Under the pieces are notes generated by a model. The model was not told the origin of the DNA. It did no database searches and worked only from the letters and a program-made list of their open reading frames with translations. A stretch of DNA of 64,000 nt from Parvularia atlantis (lineage: Eukaryota): positions 1 through 64,000 of the forward strand of contig CALSCO010001524.1 of assembly GCA_943704415.1 (NCBI GenBank), read 5' to 3'. The translations under genes were made by a program, and so were the position numbers. Of this stretch, positions 40,349 to 52,824 are shown piece by piece. Each line of letters begins with the position of its first letter. Positions within the stretch are counted from its first letter, which is position 1.

Positions 40349-43300
40349 TCACGCCGGCCCGCTCGTGACCGTCGCCGAAGGGTTGCTCGGCAGTGCCTTG
40401 GCGACAAACGCGCCCAGCGCGACGCGGTCGCCCGACGGCGCAAGCATCTTGCCGAGCGTGGCCTGCAGCTCGGGCTCAAGCCGGCCGCGCCCCATTGACG
40501 CGAGCTGTGCCGCATCGCGCCCGGTCAGTCTGTTGCGTGCTCCCACCACAACGTGCGCGCACCCGCGACACGAGATTGGCAGGTACCGGCGCCTTCTCGT
40601 CGGTCAACAGGCCCTCCTTGGCCAGGAACTCGACCACGGTGTCCACGGCCGCCGCGAGCTCGACTGGCGTGGTCACGGCGAAGACGGGGTCGGACGCCGC
40701 GGACGCCAACGACGCGCCGCTGGGCGACAGCGACGTGGCCGAGAGCGGCGACGACGACACGTTGATGTCGCGCGCCACGCTCACAGACGGCCCGTGCACG
40801 ACCTGCGGTGACCCGGGCACGGGCGAGTTTGACCCGGACGAGCCGCGCGAGCTCCCTGGTTTCCCGCTGGCAGCCGCCGCTGCGGCCGCCGTCTTGGCCG
40901 AGCGCGCGAGCGGCATTGCCGGGCTCTTGCCGGTCCCGCTCCCGCCCGCCGCGCCGGCCTTGGGCGCGGCGATGACCGGCACGAGGGACGACAGCACGGC
41001 GAGGTAGTCGGACCGCGGGATCGACTGCGCCGCCGTCGACACGCCCGACTGCGAGAAGGCCTTGGCGACGGCCCCTGAGCTCGCGCTCAGCCCGAACGAG
41101 CCAAGGATGAGGTCGAGGTCGCTGCGTCGCGCGAGCGTCATGGCACACGCGGTGCCGCCGACGTGTGCACCTGCGCGTGATCGAGCCCGTCCTCTGCGGG
41201 TCCAGCATGTCGAACGCCTCGTCCACCGTGACGCTCCCGAGCACGCCGCCAAAGTTGACCGTAATGCTGTTGAGCACCGACGACGCGTGGATCTCGCGCG
41301 GTGTCACTACGCGCGCGCGCAGTCAGCACTCGCTGCCATGTGTTTGGCTCACCGCCGCACGTACCGCCCGAGATGAACCCAGACAAGACCGACACCTCGG
41401 CCTCCTTCTCGGCCTTCGTGGCGGTTTTGCTCGGCGGCCCGGAGCCTGCCCGTGCGCCCGCTCGCGGCTGTCAGGCTGGCACGATACGACGGGCGGCGCG
41501 ACGCACCGAGAAAGTCGTTGAGCGAGACCTCCTCCTCCATCAGCAGGCTCACGGCCGACTCGCGCTCGACCTCGATCTCCTTGGCGCGCGCCGCGTAGAC
41601 GTAGCCCATCTCCTGCAGCACCATGAACAGCTGCGTGCGCTCCTATGTGAGTGACCGCGTGCAGCCAACCACAGTGAGCGGACCTTGTCGACTTCAGGGT
41701 TCTTCTCGACGTCGTTGCGCGCGCGCAGGGCCGTCTCGCTGCGCGCAGGGCAACGTGTTAGGCCGTGCGCCTCGGCCGCACGAGCACGAGCACGACGCAC
41801 GCGCGCAGGAAGGCGCGGTGGATCGTGGCCAGCTCGATCTCAATGTCGATCTTCTCGTGGCTCGGCGCGCCGATCTCCTCGAGCGCCTTCTTGGCCACGG
41901 CGGGGCCCTTCTGCTTTTTCCAGGGCATCTGCCGCGCCGAGCGATGAGACGCGACGAGGTGGCTCGCAGCGGCAGCCGCAGCCGCACCGCCTTGTCGACC
42001 ATAGTGTTGCGTCGCCCGTCGCGCCCGGCCTTGCCGCCGACCCGGCCTTTGTCCTCGGGCCGGTCGATGAGCTCCGACTCTGGCAGCGCGGAGAGCTTGC
42101 TGTGCAGCACTCGCACGGCGGCGGGCGTCAAGTGGCAGCAGCAGCGGGCGAGGCAGCACGCCCGGCGACGCACCGGATGTACATCTTCATGCGGTCCATG
42201 TTGGTGATGATGAAGTTGTTGAACGGCGTCATGTACGGCTCCTTCTTGCCATCGAAGCGGACGAGGTTGGCGAGCTGGCGAACCGTGACCGCGACCGTTC
42301 AACGCCGCCTGTCAGCGCACGCGCGCGCGCGCGCGCGCGGGGCAAAAGGCGCGCCTGCTGCATCGTCTTGGACAACAGCGTGAGCGTGCGCGAGACACGC
42401 TGGTTCGGGTGCTCGGTGCACAGCCCAAACAGCTTGGGCCCCTGCGGCGCGGCCGTGAGCGACATAGACGCACGCGTGCTGCGGGGCGCGGTCGCACAAG
42501 GATGGCCGCGTTGAAGAAGCGCAGGAAGATGAAGCCCGAGACGCATGTGAAGCGTACTTGCTCGTTGTCGGGCCACTTCTTGACGACCTCCTGCGACAGG
42601 TTGTAGAACACGACGCGCAGCTGCGGCGGGCACTTGTTGACCGAGTCTGCGCGCGCGTGCGGGCGGCCCAGGGTGGTGTGTCGGCCCAGGGTGCAGTGGT
42701 GGCAGCACGCGTGCGGGAGCGCACCGACGACGCGTGCCAGCACCCACTCCATGTACGCCTGCAGCACAACCTTGTTGGCCTCGAGCTCCTCGCCCTTCTC
42801 CAGCCGCGTCTGGTCGACCTCGCACGAGCGGTTGGCCGAGATAATCTCGTCCATGACCGGCTTGAGCGTGCCTGTGCCATACCAGCCGCCGCCGTCAGTA
42901 CGCCGGCCGCTCGCACGCGGGCCGCACGCGCTCACCCGTCAGGTACGACATGCCGACAAACTTCATGTAGTAGTCCACGGCCTTGGACGCGAGCGAGTTG
43001 GCGCGGAAGATGTTGTTCGGGTCGGTGCACTGCGCGACCTCGACGGCTGCGCGAAGCGGGCGTGAGTGCGGCGGTGGCGCAAGGGCCGCGGCGAGCGTAC
43101 ATAGCAGCCGGCTGAGAAAGTCGACGACGTGCCCCGTGTACTCGGAGATGCGCACGAGCGACTTGGCGGCCTCCTCACGCTCCTCCGTCACGCCGCCGTA
43201 CGCCATAATCACGTCGAGCGTCTTGCTCTTGAAGAACTGCGGGCGACGGCGTGAGACGCGCGTGTCGACGGTCGCCGGCACTCGCTACTCACCTCGAGCA

Positions 43301-44264
43301 GCTTGGCGTACGTCGGCAGCGGCAGGATGTACTCGTCCGTGTACTTGTAGCGGATGCGCACGACACCGACCTGCGCGCACAATGCGGTCAAGGCGTGCGA
43401 CAGGCGCGATCGCGATCGCGCACCGAGCCGCAGCTGAGCTTGTTGGCGGCGGCCTCGCACTCCTCCTTGTGGCAATTCAGGCCACAGAAGGCGCACTTGC
43501 TCCCGTGTCGCTTCGAGCCCCAGATCATCTTGCCGCAGTGGTCTGGGCCGGACGTGGACGTGAGCGAGCGCAACGAGAGCGCGCGGGATGCCGAGCGCAC
43601 CGCACGAGACGGGCGCATTGAACGCGTGCGGCTTGAAGTCGTGCGGCCTGCGCTCGACATCCTTCTCGCCCTCGGTCGCGTCGTCGACGTCGCCTGGCGC
43701 CGATGGTGCACGTGCGTCAGTCATCAGCGGTAGGGCGAACGGCGCGGGCGGCGCAGACCCTTCTTGGCGGAGCGCAGCGGGTACCAGTCCTCGTGCGAGC
43801 GGTTGTCGAGCTCGAGCGAGAGCTTGGGCAGCTTGCAGAAGCCGACGAGCGAGTTGGCAAACTTGCTGCGGCTGAAGACCTCGACTGCGCGGCACGTCAA
43901 CTCTGGCGCCACATAAACAAAGGCAGCAGCCGCGCGGCCGCACCGACGACGTCGTTGAACGTCTTGCCCAGCTGGAAGTCCTGCTCCTCGTCCCAGAATG
44001 GCGTGCGCGAGCGCCACACGGTGCGCGTCTTGAGCTGCACGGGCGCGTCGTTGTCGATGCGCACGACCGCGTACAGATCGAGGCAGTCGGGCGGCAGGTT
44101 CTTGGCCTCGATGACCTTGTGTGCGCGTGTGCGCGTCTCCGTGTCACCCACGCGCCGTCCACGCGGCAAGCAAGCTGCAGGCAGCAGCACACCCGTACGA
44201 CGATGGTGTGGTCCTTCCGCAGCGACGCCGTCAGCGGCAGCGGCGACAGCGGCGACAGCGCCAT
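40349..44264 (-). CDS. Ras GTPase-activating protein, C2(with C1)-RasGAP-EF-hand-like
   Basis: C2 VIEAKNL..TRTVWRSRTPFWDEE, C1 HDF..CDHC..CAFC..CHKEEC..C, DPNNIFRANSLASKA, SGFIFLRFFNAAILGP, RTLTLLSKTMQQLANL, KEPYM, EF-hand-like AFDMLDPQRTGSITRSDL. Confidence 0.92.
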
Positions 44265-44338
44265 CGCGCTTCCACGAAGCGCCGAAACAAAGTGCCATGT
44301 CAGCCATGCGACGGTGATGCCCGCGAAGAAGAACCCGC

Positions 44339-46825
44339 TCACTGGACGGGCGCCGTCGCGCGCTCGAGCCACACCAGCGCCGCCACGTCGGCCTGCAGCA
44401 GCGGCGCGAGCTGCGCGCGCACGTCGGCGTGGTACTCGTTGAGCCATCTGCGCGGCAGTGATGCGTGAGCCGTGGCGCGGACGGGGGCACGGTCGCGCGT
44501 GCGCACTGCAGCTCGCGCGGCGAGAGCAGCGACCGGTCGATCAGCTTGAGCTGGATCGGCACGAGCGTGATCGTCTCGAAGCCGAGGAAGCCGATCTAGC
44601 AGCGGGCGTGAGTGCGCGCGCGGGCGGCTCGGGCGTGGGTGCGCCGCACGCACGTCGCCAAAGTTGTTCGCGAGCTCGGCCGGCGTCACGACCATCACGT
44701 TCTCGATGCGGATGCCGAACGCGCCGTCCTGGTAGAAGCCCGGCTCGTTCGTGACCTTGCGGCGTGATGGCCGCGTCAGGGGCAAGCAAGCGCCCAGCGA
44801 CGCCGCCGCACAGTCATCGTCGCCTTGAGCGCGACCTCGTTCAGCGCTACGCGCGTCCCAATGCCGTGCGGGCCCTCGTGCACGTTCAGGTACGCGCCCA
44901 CGCCGTGGCCCGTGCCATGCCGGTAGTCGAGGCCTGCACACGTGTGAGCATGCATGCACGCGTGAGCGCACGGCGGCGTTCACACCGATCTGCCACAGCG
45001 GCAGGCGCGCGACGATGTCCAGCTGGAAGCCCGAGACGCCGTTCGGGAACGTGCACGTGGCGAGTGCGATGTGCGCTGCACGGGCGTGGCCGCATCAGCG
45101 CGCACCATCGGCACACGGCACACGGCCACGCACACTTGAGCACGCGCGTGAAGCACTCGATCTCGCGCGCCGTCGGCTCGCCAAAGTGCAGCGTGCGCGT
45201 GACGTCCGTCGTGCCGTCGCGGTACTGCGCGCCCGAGTCGCACAGATACATCTGCACCCTGCGCGTGCGCGTGCGTCGTGTCAGACGAGCAGCAGGACGC
45301 GCGCGGCACGACGTGCTTCGTGATCGGCGCGTTGGACTCGCTCGAAGGCCGGTAGTGCACAATCGCGCCGTGCGCGCCCGAGGCCGAGATGGTCGGGAAC
45401 GACAGGCTCACAAAGTCCTGCGCGCGGACTGTCAGGCGCATGCACGCACGGACGTGTGCACGCGTGCCTTCTGCTGGCTGCGCAGCTCCTCGGCCTTGGC
45501 CGCCGCACTCAGCTCGTCCACCGGTCGGCCGGCGTCGAGCTCCGCCTCGAGCCAGGCGAAGAAGCGGCACAGTGCGGCACCGTCGCGCCGGTGCGCCGCG
45601 CGCATGCCCTCGAGCTCGCTCTCGTTCTTGAGCGCTGCTCGAACGCTTCAGCGGGCGGGCGGGCAAGCGCGGCGCTCACGGGCACGCACACTTAAACACC
45701 GTCACCGGCGACAGCACGTCCTCGACCTGCACGCCCTGCAGCGCCTGGTACAGCGCGAGGCTGCACGAGCGGTTGACGAGCACCTGGGCACGGCGCAACG
45801 GCGATGAGCCTCATGTGCATGGCATGTCGCGTGTGTACCTTGGGCTTGTCGGCGCCGCTCGCGCGCGCCTGCAGCTGCTTTGCCAGCGCGGCCATGTCGT
45901 CGAAAACGGTATCGTACGGGCGCAGCTGCACGTTGGGCCCGAGGTGCGCCTTGACCGTGTCGTCGTACTTGTCCGCGTCGAGGTACAGCCGCACCTCGTC
46001 CAGGCCGACGTAGGCTGCGGCGCCTGCAGTGAGCACGGCTGCGCGCATCGGGGGCGTTGCACCATAGCTGAAGAAGACTGGGTTGTAGTCGATGTCGTTG
46101 CCGCGCAGGTTGAACAGCCACGCAACGTCGTCCAGCGCGGTCACGAGCAGGCCCTCGGCGCCGCGCGTCCGCAGCTCGTCGCGCACCATCTGTACCTTGG
46201 CAGCAACAGTCTTGCCCGTGTACGCGTCGGGCAGCACGGCGACCTTGTTGGACGGGCGGGGCGGTCGGTCGGTCCAGACCTCGTCGACGAGGTTCTCGAC
46301 GCGCGCGACGAGCTCGTGGCCCGCGGCCTTAAGCGCCGTCTCGAGTGGGCGCGCGGCCGATACGGGCAGCATGCGCGCGTCGACGCCGACGGTCGCGCCG
46401 GGCGCAGGCAGCCGCGCGACGAGCCACTCCTCACGCGTCTTGGTCTTGGCCTGACCGTGGCGCATCAGCGTCCAGTCGGGGCCGAGCTCGGCTGCGTCCA
46501 ACGTGAGCCGCGCGCGGACGGCAGCGGTGACGCGGGTGGCACGCGCACCCTCCGCCTGCAGCCAGTAGCGGCCGTCGGTCCAGAGCGCGGCCTCGGCCTG
46601 CGTCACGACCGCGAAGCCCATCGAGCCGGTGAAGCCGGTGAGGAACTGGCGGCGCTTGTCGCACTCGGCCACGTACTCGCTCTGCCGCGCGCGTGCGTTC
46701 AGCGCCCCTCAGGCGCACACACGAGCGAGAAGCAGACGCGCCTGGTGCGCGTCCTCGGCCGGCACGACGTACGCGTCCAGGCGGCGCGCGTGCATCAGCG
46801 CACGCAACGTCTTTAGCGGTTCCAT
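44339..46825 (-). CDS. XPNPEP1: Xaa-Pro aminopeptidase 1 (aminopeptidase P)
   Basis: [93 protein letters not shown]. Confidence 0.96.
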
Positions 46826-46931
46826 GACGGCTGCTCTGCGCATATACGTTCAAATGCGAATTGATGCGCAGTGTGATGCACAGCTGCGGCGGGGCAATTC
46901 GGAGCGTGGAGATCGAAGGACAGCGGGACGG

Positions 46932-49900
46932 ATGGAGGCGCGCCAGACGGCGGGGCGCTTCGTGGCGGGCGGCGACGCGAGCGCCGTGTGGCGTCAGCTG
47001 ACGGCGTCGGCCGACGCGGACCCGCCCGACGGCGCCGCACTGCGCCCGGGGCCGCCGCAGCCCACGGCTTCGCGTCTCGTCGTGAATCTGCTCGAGGAGG
47101 AGGACGGCACAAGCACCCGCGACAGGACAGGTGAGACGTGTGCGCACGACGCGGACGAGGTCGCGCCGTGGGACTGGCCCGCGCAGCTCAACGGCAGCAG
47201 CGGCAGCATCAGCAGCGGCAGCAGCTTCAACAGCGGCGGCGGCGGCACGTACGGCAACGGCGGCGGCAACGGCAGCGGCGACGGCATGTGGAAGCGTGCC
47301 GAATCGCCGCTGCGCCAAACGACAGTTAAGGCGCAGCCGCAGCCCTCGGACACGATCGCGGCGCATCTGGCAGCAGCGGCGCCGACCGCCGTGCGGCCGC
47401 TGAAGGTGTCGAACACAATCGCGGCGCATTTGGCGGCCGCGGCGACAACGGTCGTGCCGCCGCCACCGCCTCATCATGTCAAGCCATCGCGTTCGCACCA
47501 GCAGCATGTGCCGGCCCTGATGCCGCGCGCACTCCAGCAGCCGCCGCCGCCGCCGCCGCCGTACGACGCCAACTCGTGGCAGCGCAAGCTGGCGCAGCTG
47601 CGGCAGACGGACGGAAGCAGCAGCGACAGCGCCAGCACGCCCGCATCGGCGTTGATGACGAGGTCGAACGTGGACGCCGCGTACGGCGCCGTCGCGACGC
47701 TGCAAGACAGCGCGCGGCACCTCCAGATGCAGGAACAAGTGAAGTTGCTGCTGCACCAGCAACTGGAGCAGCGGAAGAAGCTGCAGGAGCTGCAGCGGGA
47801 GCAGCAACAGGCCGAGCAGCTCGCGTTCCAGGAGCGCCAGATGCAACAGCAGATGGTCATCCAGAGGCTGGAGCAGCAGCAGCAGCGCGAGCGAGAGCAG
47901 CGGGAGCTGCAGCAGCAGCGCGAGCGAGAGCAGCGGGAGCAGCAGCAGCAGAAGCGGCAGATGGAGCAAGAGCAGCTGCACGGCCAGCAACGCCAGCAGC
48001 AGCGCGGGATCGGCTTGCCGCCCGCCGAGACGCCGGGCATCCGCGACGCCATCGCCATACTGCTCCCGCCCGATCAGGAGGCCGACATCTCGGACTCGAG
48101 TGTGCGCCTGCTGCAGCTCTTCGCGCACAGCCTGCGCAGCAACGGCACGTTCAACAGTGGCTGCCTGAGCCTCGCACGCTTCATCCGCGACAACCCGCAG
48201 CCGTCGCCGCTCGTGGAGCCGTTCCTGTTCAACTGCATTCGGGTGCGCCCGTGCGAGCACGCCGCCTTGCCCGCCCGCACCATCTCACACACAGCGTGCG
48301 TGCATGCCCAGATCATCCGCAGCCGCTGCGTCCTGGCGGGTTTTGACTTTTCCACCGGTGCAGCGCGGCCACGGCGTTTCACGAGCCCTCTAGTTGCTGA
48401 CGCACTCGCACACCAGGCTACCAGCTCTGCACGCTCGCGGCCAACCACGTGCACTTCAACAGCTTGGAGCGCAAAGGCACGCCATCTCGCGCGGCGCATT
48501 GTGGGCGGCCTGCCTGACGCGTGCGCACCCGCTGCAGCCTTTGTCGACGGCTGGGTGGAGGACCTGCGCCGGCGCATTGTGCAGGCGAACCTGTTTGACG
48601 CGTCCGCCTCAGCGGCGCCCGCTCTCCCCACGGCGCCCGCGTCGGCCCCGTTGTCGAAGCTGGCGCCGGTGCCGCTGAAACCAGCCGCACTTCTGCCCGC
48701 GCTCAACGTCACGCCCGAGGAGCAGCACCAACGCATGCTGCGCGAGCGTAAGCTGTCGCTGCAACGCGAACTGGAGCAGCTCCAGCACAAGCAGCAGCAG
48801 CTGATAAAGCAGCAGCGGATACGACCGACGCAGCAGCCCAAGACCGAGGCACCGCCTGTGGACGTGCAGCGGCTGCGCCTGCGCCTGCCCAGCGGCTCGC
48901 CCCAGACAAACGGCCTCAGCACGGCGGACGTGGGACCCACGCCGCAGATGCCGTCGCCCGGCCTCAAGCCCGTGCAGATCGTCAAGCTCAGCCCTGCGCC
49001 CGAGGCCGAGTTTGCGCCGACCCCGGTGTGCAAGGCCCCGCACAAGCCGCGCGCGCGGTGTGCCAGCAGCGGCGGCGGCGATAGCAGCGCCAAGAGCAGC
49101 CCGCGGGCGAGCGCATCTCCCGCCCTGCCGTCGGTTTCGTCGCCGTCGCCGTCGCCGTCAACGTCAACGTCGCAGCCACTCCCAGCCGCCGCGCCCAAGG
49201 GCAAGTCACCCGCATCTACGCCGTCGTCGGCGCAGAGTGCCGCAGCCAAGGCATTGCTATCGCAGCGGTCAACACTCAGCCCGATCTCTGCTCCGGCCGC
49301 AGCTATGCCCCTACCAGCACCAGCACCAGCACCAGCACCACCGACACCAGCAGCGGTGGCGGACGCACCGTCTGCACCGCCCTCCAAGAAGCATAAGAGC
49401 AACGGTGGCAACGAGCTCCGCGCCCGGGCCAAGTCGACCGCCGCGCTCGCCCTCGCCACTGCGCCGGAGATCGTCGTCGTGCCGACCGCACTGCCCGGGC
49501 CATCAGTCGCGCCCGCGCCCAAGCCTGCAGCGGCGCCGGCAAGTTCGCAGACCCCGTTCGAGCGGCGCGCCGACATGTACTACCGGCGCATGGCGCTGGT
49601 CGTCAACCCGTTCCAGATGATGCAGGGGCTCAATATGGCCAACGTCACGTTCAACATCCCCGAGAAGCTGTTTGAGAGCATCTTGCGGCGGTGCGCGCCC
49701 ATCGTGCAGCTCTGTGTGGGCTGACTGGCCGCGTGCGGTCGCAGATCAGAGCACTTTGAGGCGCCGCTGCTGATCCAGCTGCTCCCGTTCCGCATCGCTG
49801 ACCCGGTGCAGAAGTGCGCGTGGCCCGAGGACGCGGCGGTGCAGTTCAACCAGCGCGTCGTGCGCATCGACAAGGTGCGCCCGCACCGTCGGCGCAGTTT

Positions 49901-51232
49901 CGCAGGCGTGATGATGCTGACGCGGGCGCAGAAACGGCCCGTGCGCATTCCCGGCCGCCCGGGTACGGCGTACCAGGGTGTGGACAAGCCGCTGAACCTG
50001 TCGTCGCTGTGCCTGTGCGGGGCCAACGTGCTGGTCATCTCGAGCCGGCTGAGCGGCACAGTCAGTGGCCCGCGTCGGCGCAGACCGTGCTGACTGACGC
50101 GCCGCCGCCCGCAGGAGTTTGCGTTCTGCGTGGAGCTGCTCGTGCCCGAGTCACGCGAGCGCATCGTGCAGCGCACGTTCATGACGCCGTTCACGGAGGA
50201 GGATGGCCTGCTGCTGGGTGCGTGCCTTGGGTGGCTGGCTGTGCGTTGCAGCCGACCGCTCATCGGCCGCACGTAGCGCGTCGCTGGCTCTCGCCCAACG
50301 ATGTGGACGACGACTTGCAGCTGGTCGAAAACCGGGCCAAGCTAAGCACTCGCTGTCCGATCTCGCTCACGCGCATCGTCACGCCCATCCGCGGCAACGG
50401 CTGTGTGCACGTACAGGTGCGTGCGTGCGACGCGCATCGGCGGCCGGCGCGCGCTGACCTCGTACGCCGCAGTGCTTCGACATGGACGCTTACCTCACGA
50501 TCAACCGCGCCAAGCCGATGTGGAAGTGCCCCGTGTGCAAGTGCGTCGCTCGGCAGCAGCAGCAGACGAAGGCTCACGCGCACACGCAGCAAACCGGCGC
50601 TGCAGAACGCGCTCCGTCTCGACAAGTTCTTCACCAAGCTGCTGTCAAGCATCCCCAGGTGCGGGCGCTTGCAGCGCAGGCGCAGGGCCAAGCTGACCCA
50701 CCGCCGCGGTGCGCAGCGACGTGACCGACTTTGTGATCAACGCGAGCGGGGAGTGGGCGCTCGTGACGGAGGAGAAGACGGCACCCGCGCGGCCTCACAG
50801 TGCGCGCGCGCGCGCGCGTGAAGGTGCACCAGCGGGCACGCCCGACTGACGCACGGGCACGCAGACGCAGACAAGCTGCGACGGACGGCAGCCGGCGCAG
50901 CATCGGGCCAGCAGGCATTGCCGACGACCGCACGCAGCGTCAAGTACGAGCCGGGCTCGCCGCACCCGCCGATCTACATCAACCTGTGCTCGGACGAGGA
51001 GGCGGAGAGTGGCGACGAGGCGGTGCGACCCGTGTGCGTGAGCGCTGGGCGTTGTCTGACGCGCGGGTTGGCGCCGCAGCTACGAGCGTCCAAGCGCAAG
51101 CACGCTGACGCGGGGGACGCGTTTGTCGCGCTCCCGGTGGCGAACGATGAGCCCGGGTCGCGCTTCGTCGACGAGGTGATGCAGCTCTTCACCGCCCCGA
51201 CGCCCGACATCCTTGACCTAAACAACCTGTGA
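46932..51232 (+). CDS. MIZ/SP-RING zinc-finger protein (PIAS/ZMIZ-like SUMO E3 ligase)
   Basis: Low-complexity Q/P/S N-terminus, WPEDAAVQFN, DKPLNLS, SP-RING LSTRCPISLTRIVTPIRGNGCVHVQCFD..WKCPVC, SIM-like IYINLCSDEE. Confidence 0.88.
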
Positions 51233-51300
51233 ATGTGACGCGGCTGCTGCGCGATAGGCCTACAGCAAACACTTGATTGTTCTTGCCATGTGTACACTTT

Positions 51301-52752
51301 TCAGCAACGCGTCCAGACGCCCGGCCCGGGCCCGAAGAGCGCGTCGATGACGGACGACAGCCACCGGTGCACGGTCGAGAGGGCGTGGTCGCGCGCGATG
51401 AAGTAGAGCATGCGTGCCTCATTCAGGTGCTTGAACGGAACGGCCAGGAGGCTGCCGCGGCGCGACCAGCCCACGTCGACGATCCACGACAGGTTCCACA
51501 CACCCCGCGCGGGGCCGAGCGAGACGGCCTGGCTGTCGAGCGTGCCCGGGTAGGGCTGTCGGGCGGCGAGCGATCAGCGCACGGCACGCGACGCGCACGC
51601 GCACGTTTGGCTCGGCTGGCGCGCCCCGGTGGTGCCACGCGAGCAGCTGGTCAGCGACGTGCTCGGCCTGGCGCACGGCCGCGCTCAACAGCTTCTCCTG
51701 CGGCACGTCGTTGGCGTCGCCGAGGACGAAGATGTGTGGCAGGCCGTGCAGGTGCAGCGCGGACGTGACACGGACAAAGCCCGCGGCGTCGAGGTGCTCG
51801 GCCATGCCCTGCGACCGACGTCAGCGCGTGCGTGCGCGATCGCGAGCAGCGCGTGCCTCGCGCAGGAAAGCCGTGTTGGGCACGTAGCCGGTGCAGTCGC
51901 AGACGACATCGGCACGCAGCACCTCGCCCGACGGCTCGCAGACGTAGTCGACGGTGCCGTCGAGGTGCTCGCGCCGGTACGCACGCTGAGCGAGCCGCAC
52001 GTTGCAGCCGAGCAGCCTGCGCCGTGCCAGGCGATCAGGAAGGGCGAGCGAGGACGACAAGAAGCGCACCGCAGCGCGTCCAGGCTGCGCTCGCGCATGC
52101 GCCGGTGCGGCAGGCGGCCGAGCAGCTCGGTCTGGGCCGCGACGAGGGCGACGCGCGTCTTCGGGTGGCGCGCACACAGCTCGGCCGCAAGCTCGACGCC
52201 GACGGGGCCGCCGCCGATGACGAGGACTGGCGCCACCGGACGTCAGTCGCGCGCCACGTCGCGCGCGTCACACGACGCACCTGATCGCGCCGTCGCCAGC
52301 CCATCGCGCAGCCGCGCCAGCTGCGCCCACCGCGCCGCGCCGTCGTGCACGTCAGCAGGGACGCGCCACACATCGCCGGGGCGGTGCGAGCCGACGCAGA
52401 GGCACAGCGCGTCGAACGTGAGCCGCTCGCCCGTGCTGAGCAGGACATCGGCGGGCGTGACGGCGACGGCGCGGGCCACGACGACGCGCCCGCGCCGCAC
52501 CGTCGCCGCGTGCGCGCGCACGATGCCGATCCACCGCCGCCGCGCGTGCGCCGCGTCCGCGTCGCCGGCCACCGCGATCGTGCTCGGCGTGTACTCGAAG
52601 AAGTCCTGCAGCGCCGCGGGCGTCACGAGGGCAGCAGCAGCACGCATCGTGAGGCGCGCCTTGGTGTCGACGAGCACGACGTCCAACGTCGCATCGAGCC
52701 GCGCCGCGAGCGTCACGCCTGCCGCGCCGCCGCCGACGATCACGACGCGCAT
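51301..52752 (-). CDS. AIFM2/AMID/FSP1-like FAD/NAD(P)H oxidoreductase
   Basis: MRVVIVGGGAAG, VLVDTKDFFEYTPS, FDALCLCVGS, VLVIGGGPVGVELAAEL, CTGYVPNT, IFVLGDAND, VSLGP. Two GC-AG introns. Confidence 0.88.
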
Positions 52753-52824
52753 GATCAGCAAGCCAACTGGCCGGTCCACTTGAGCAGAGCAGCAGCAAGC
52801 AAGCACAGCTTCACTTCCCGGGTC

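Noticed and set aside
46629..49724. 1031-aa ORF as a single-exon gene
   Set aside because: It reads through several introns of the MIZ-finger gene and starts inside the opposite-strand XPNPEP1. The better start is ATG 46932.
32421..52752. AIFM1 and AIFM2-like genes, or the two RasGAPs, as functional clusters
   Set aside because: They are separated by many unrelated housekeeping genes and are highly diverged, so chance proximity is sufficient.
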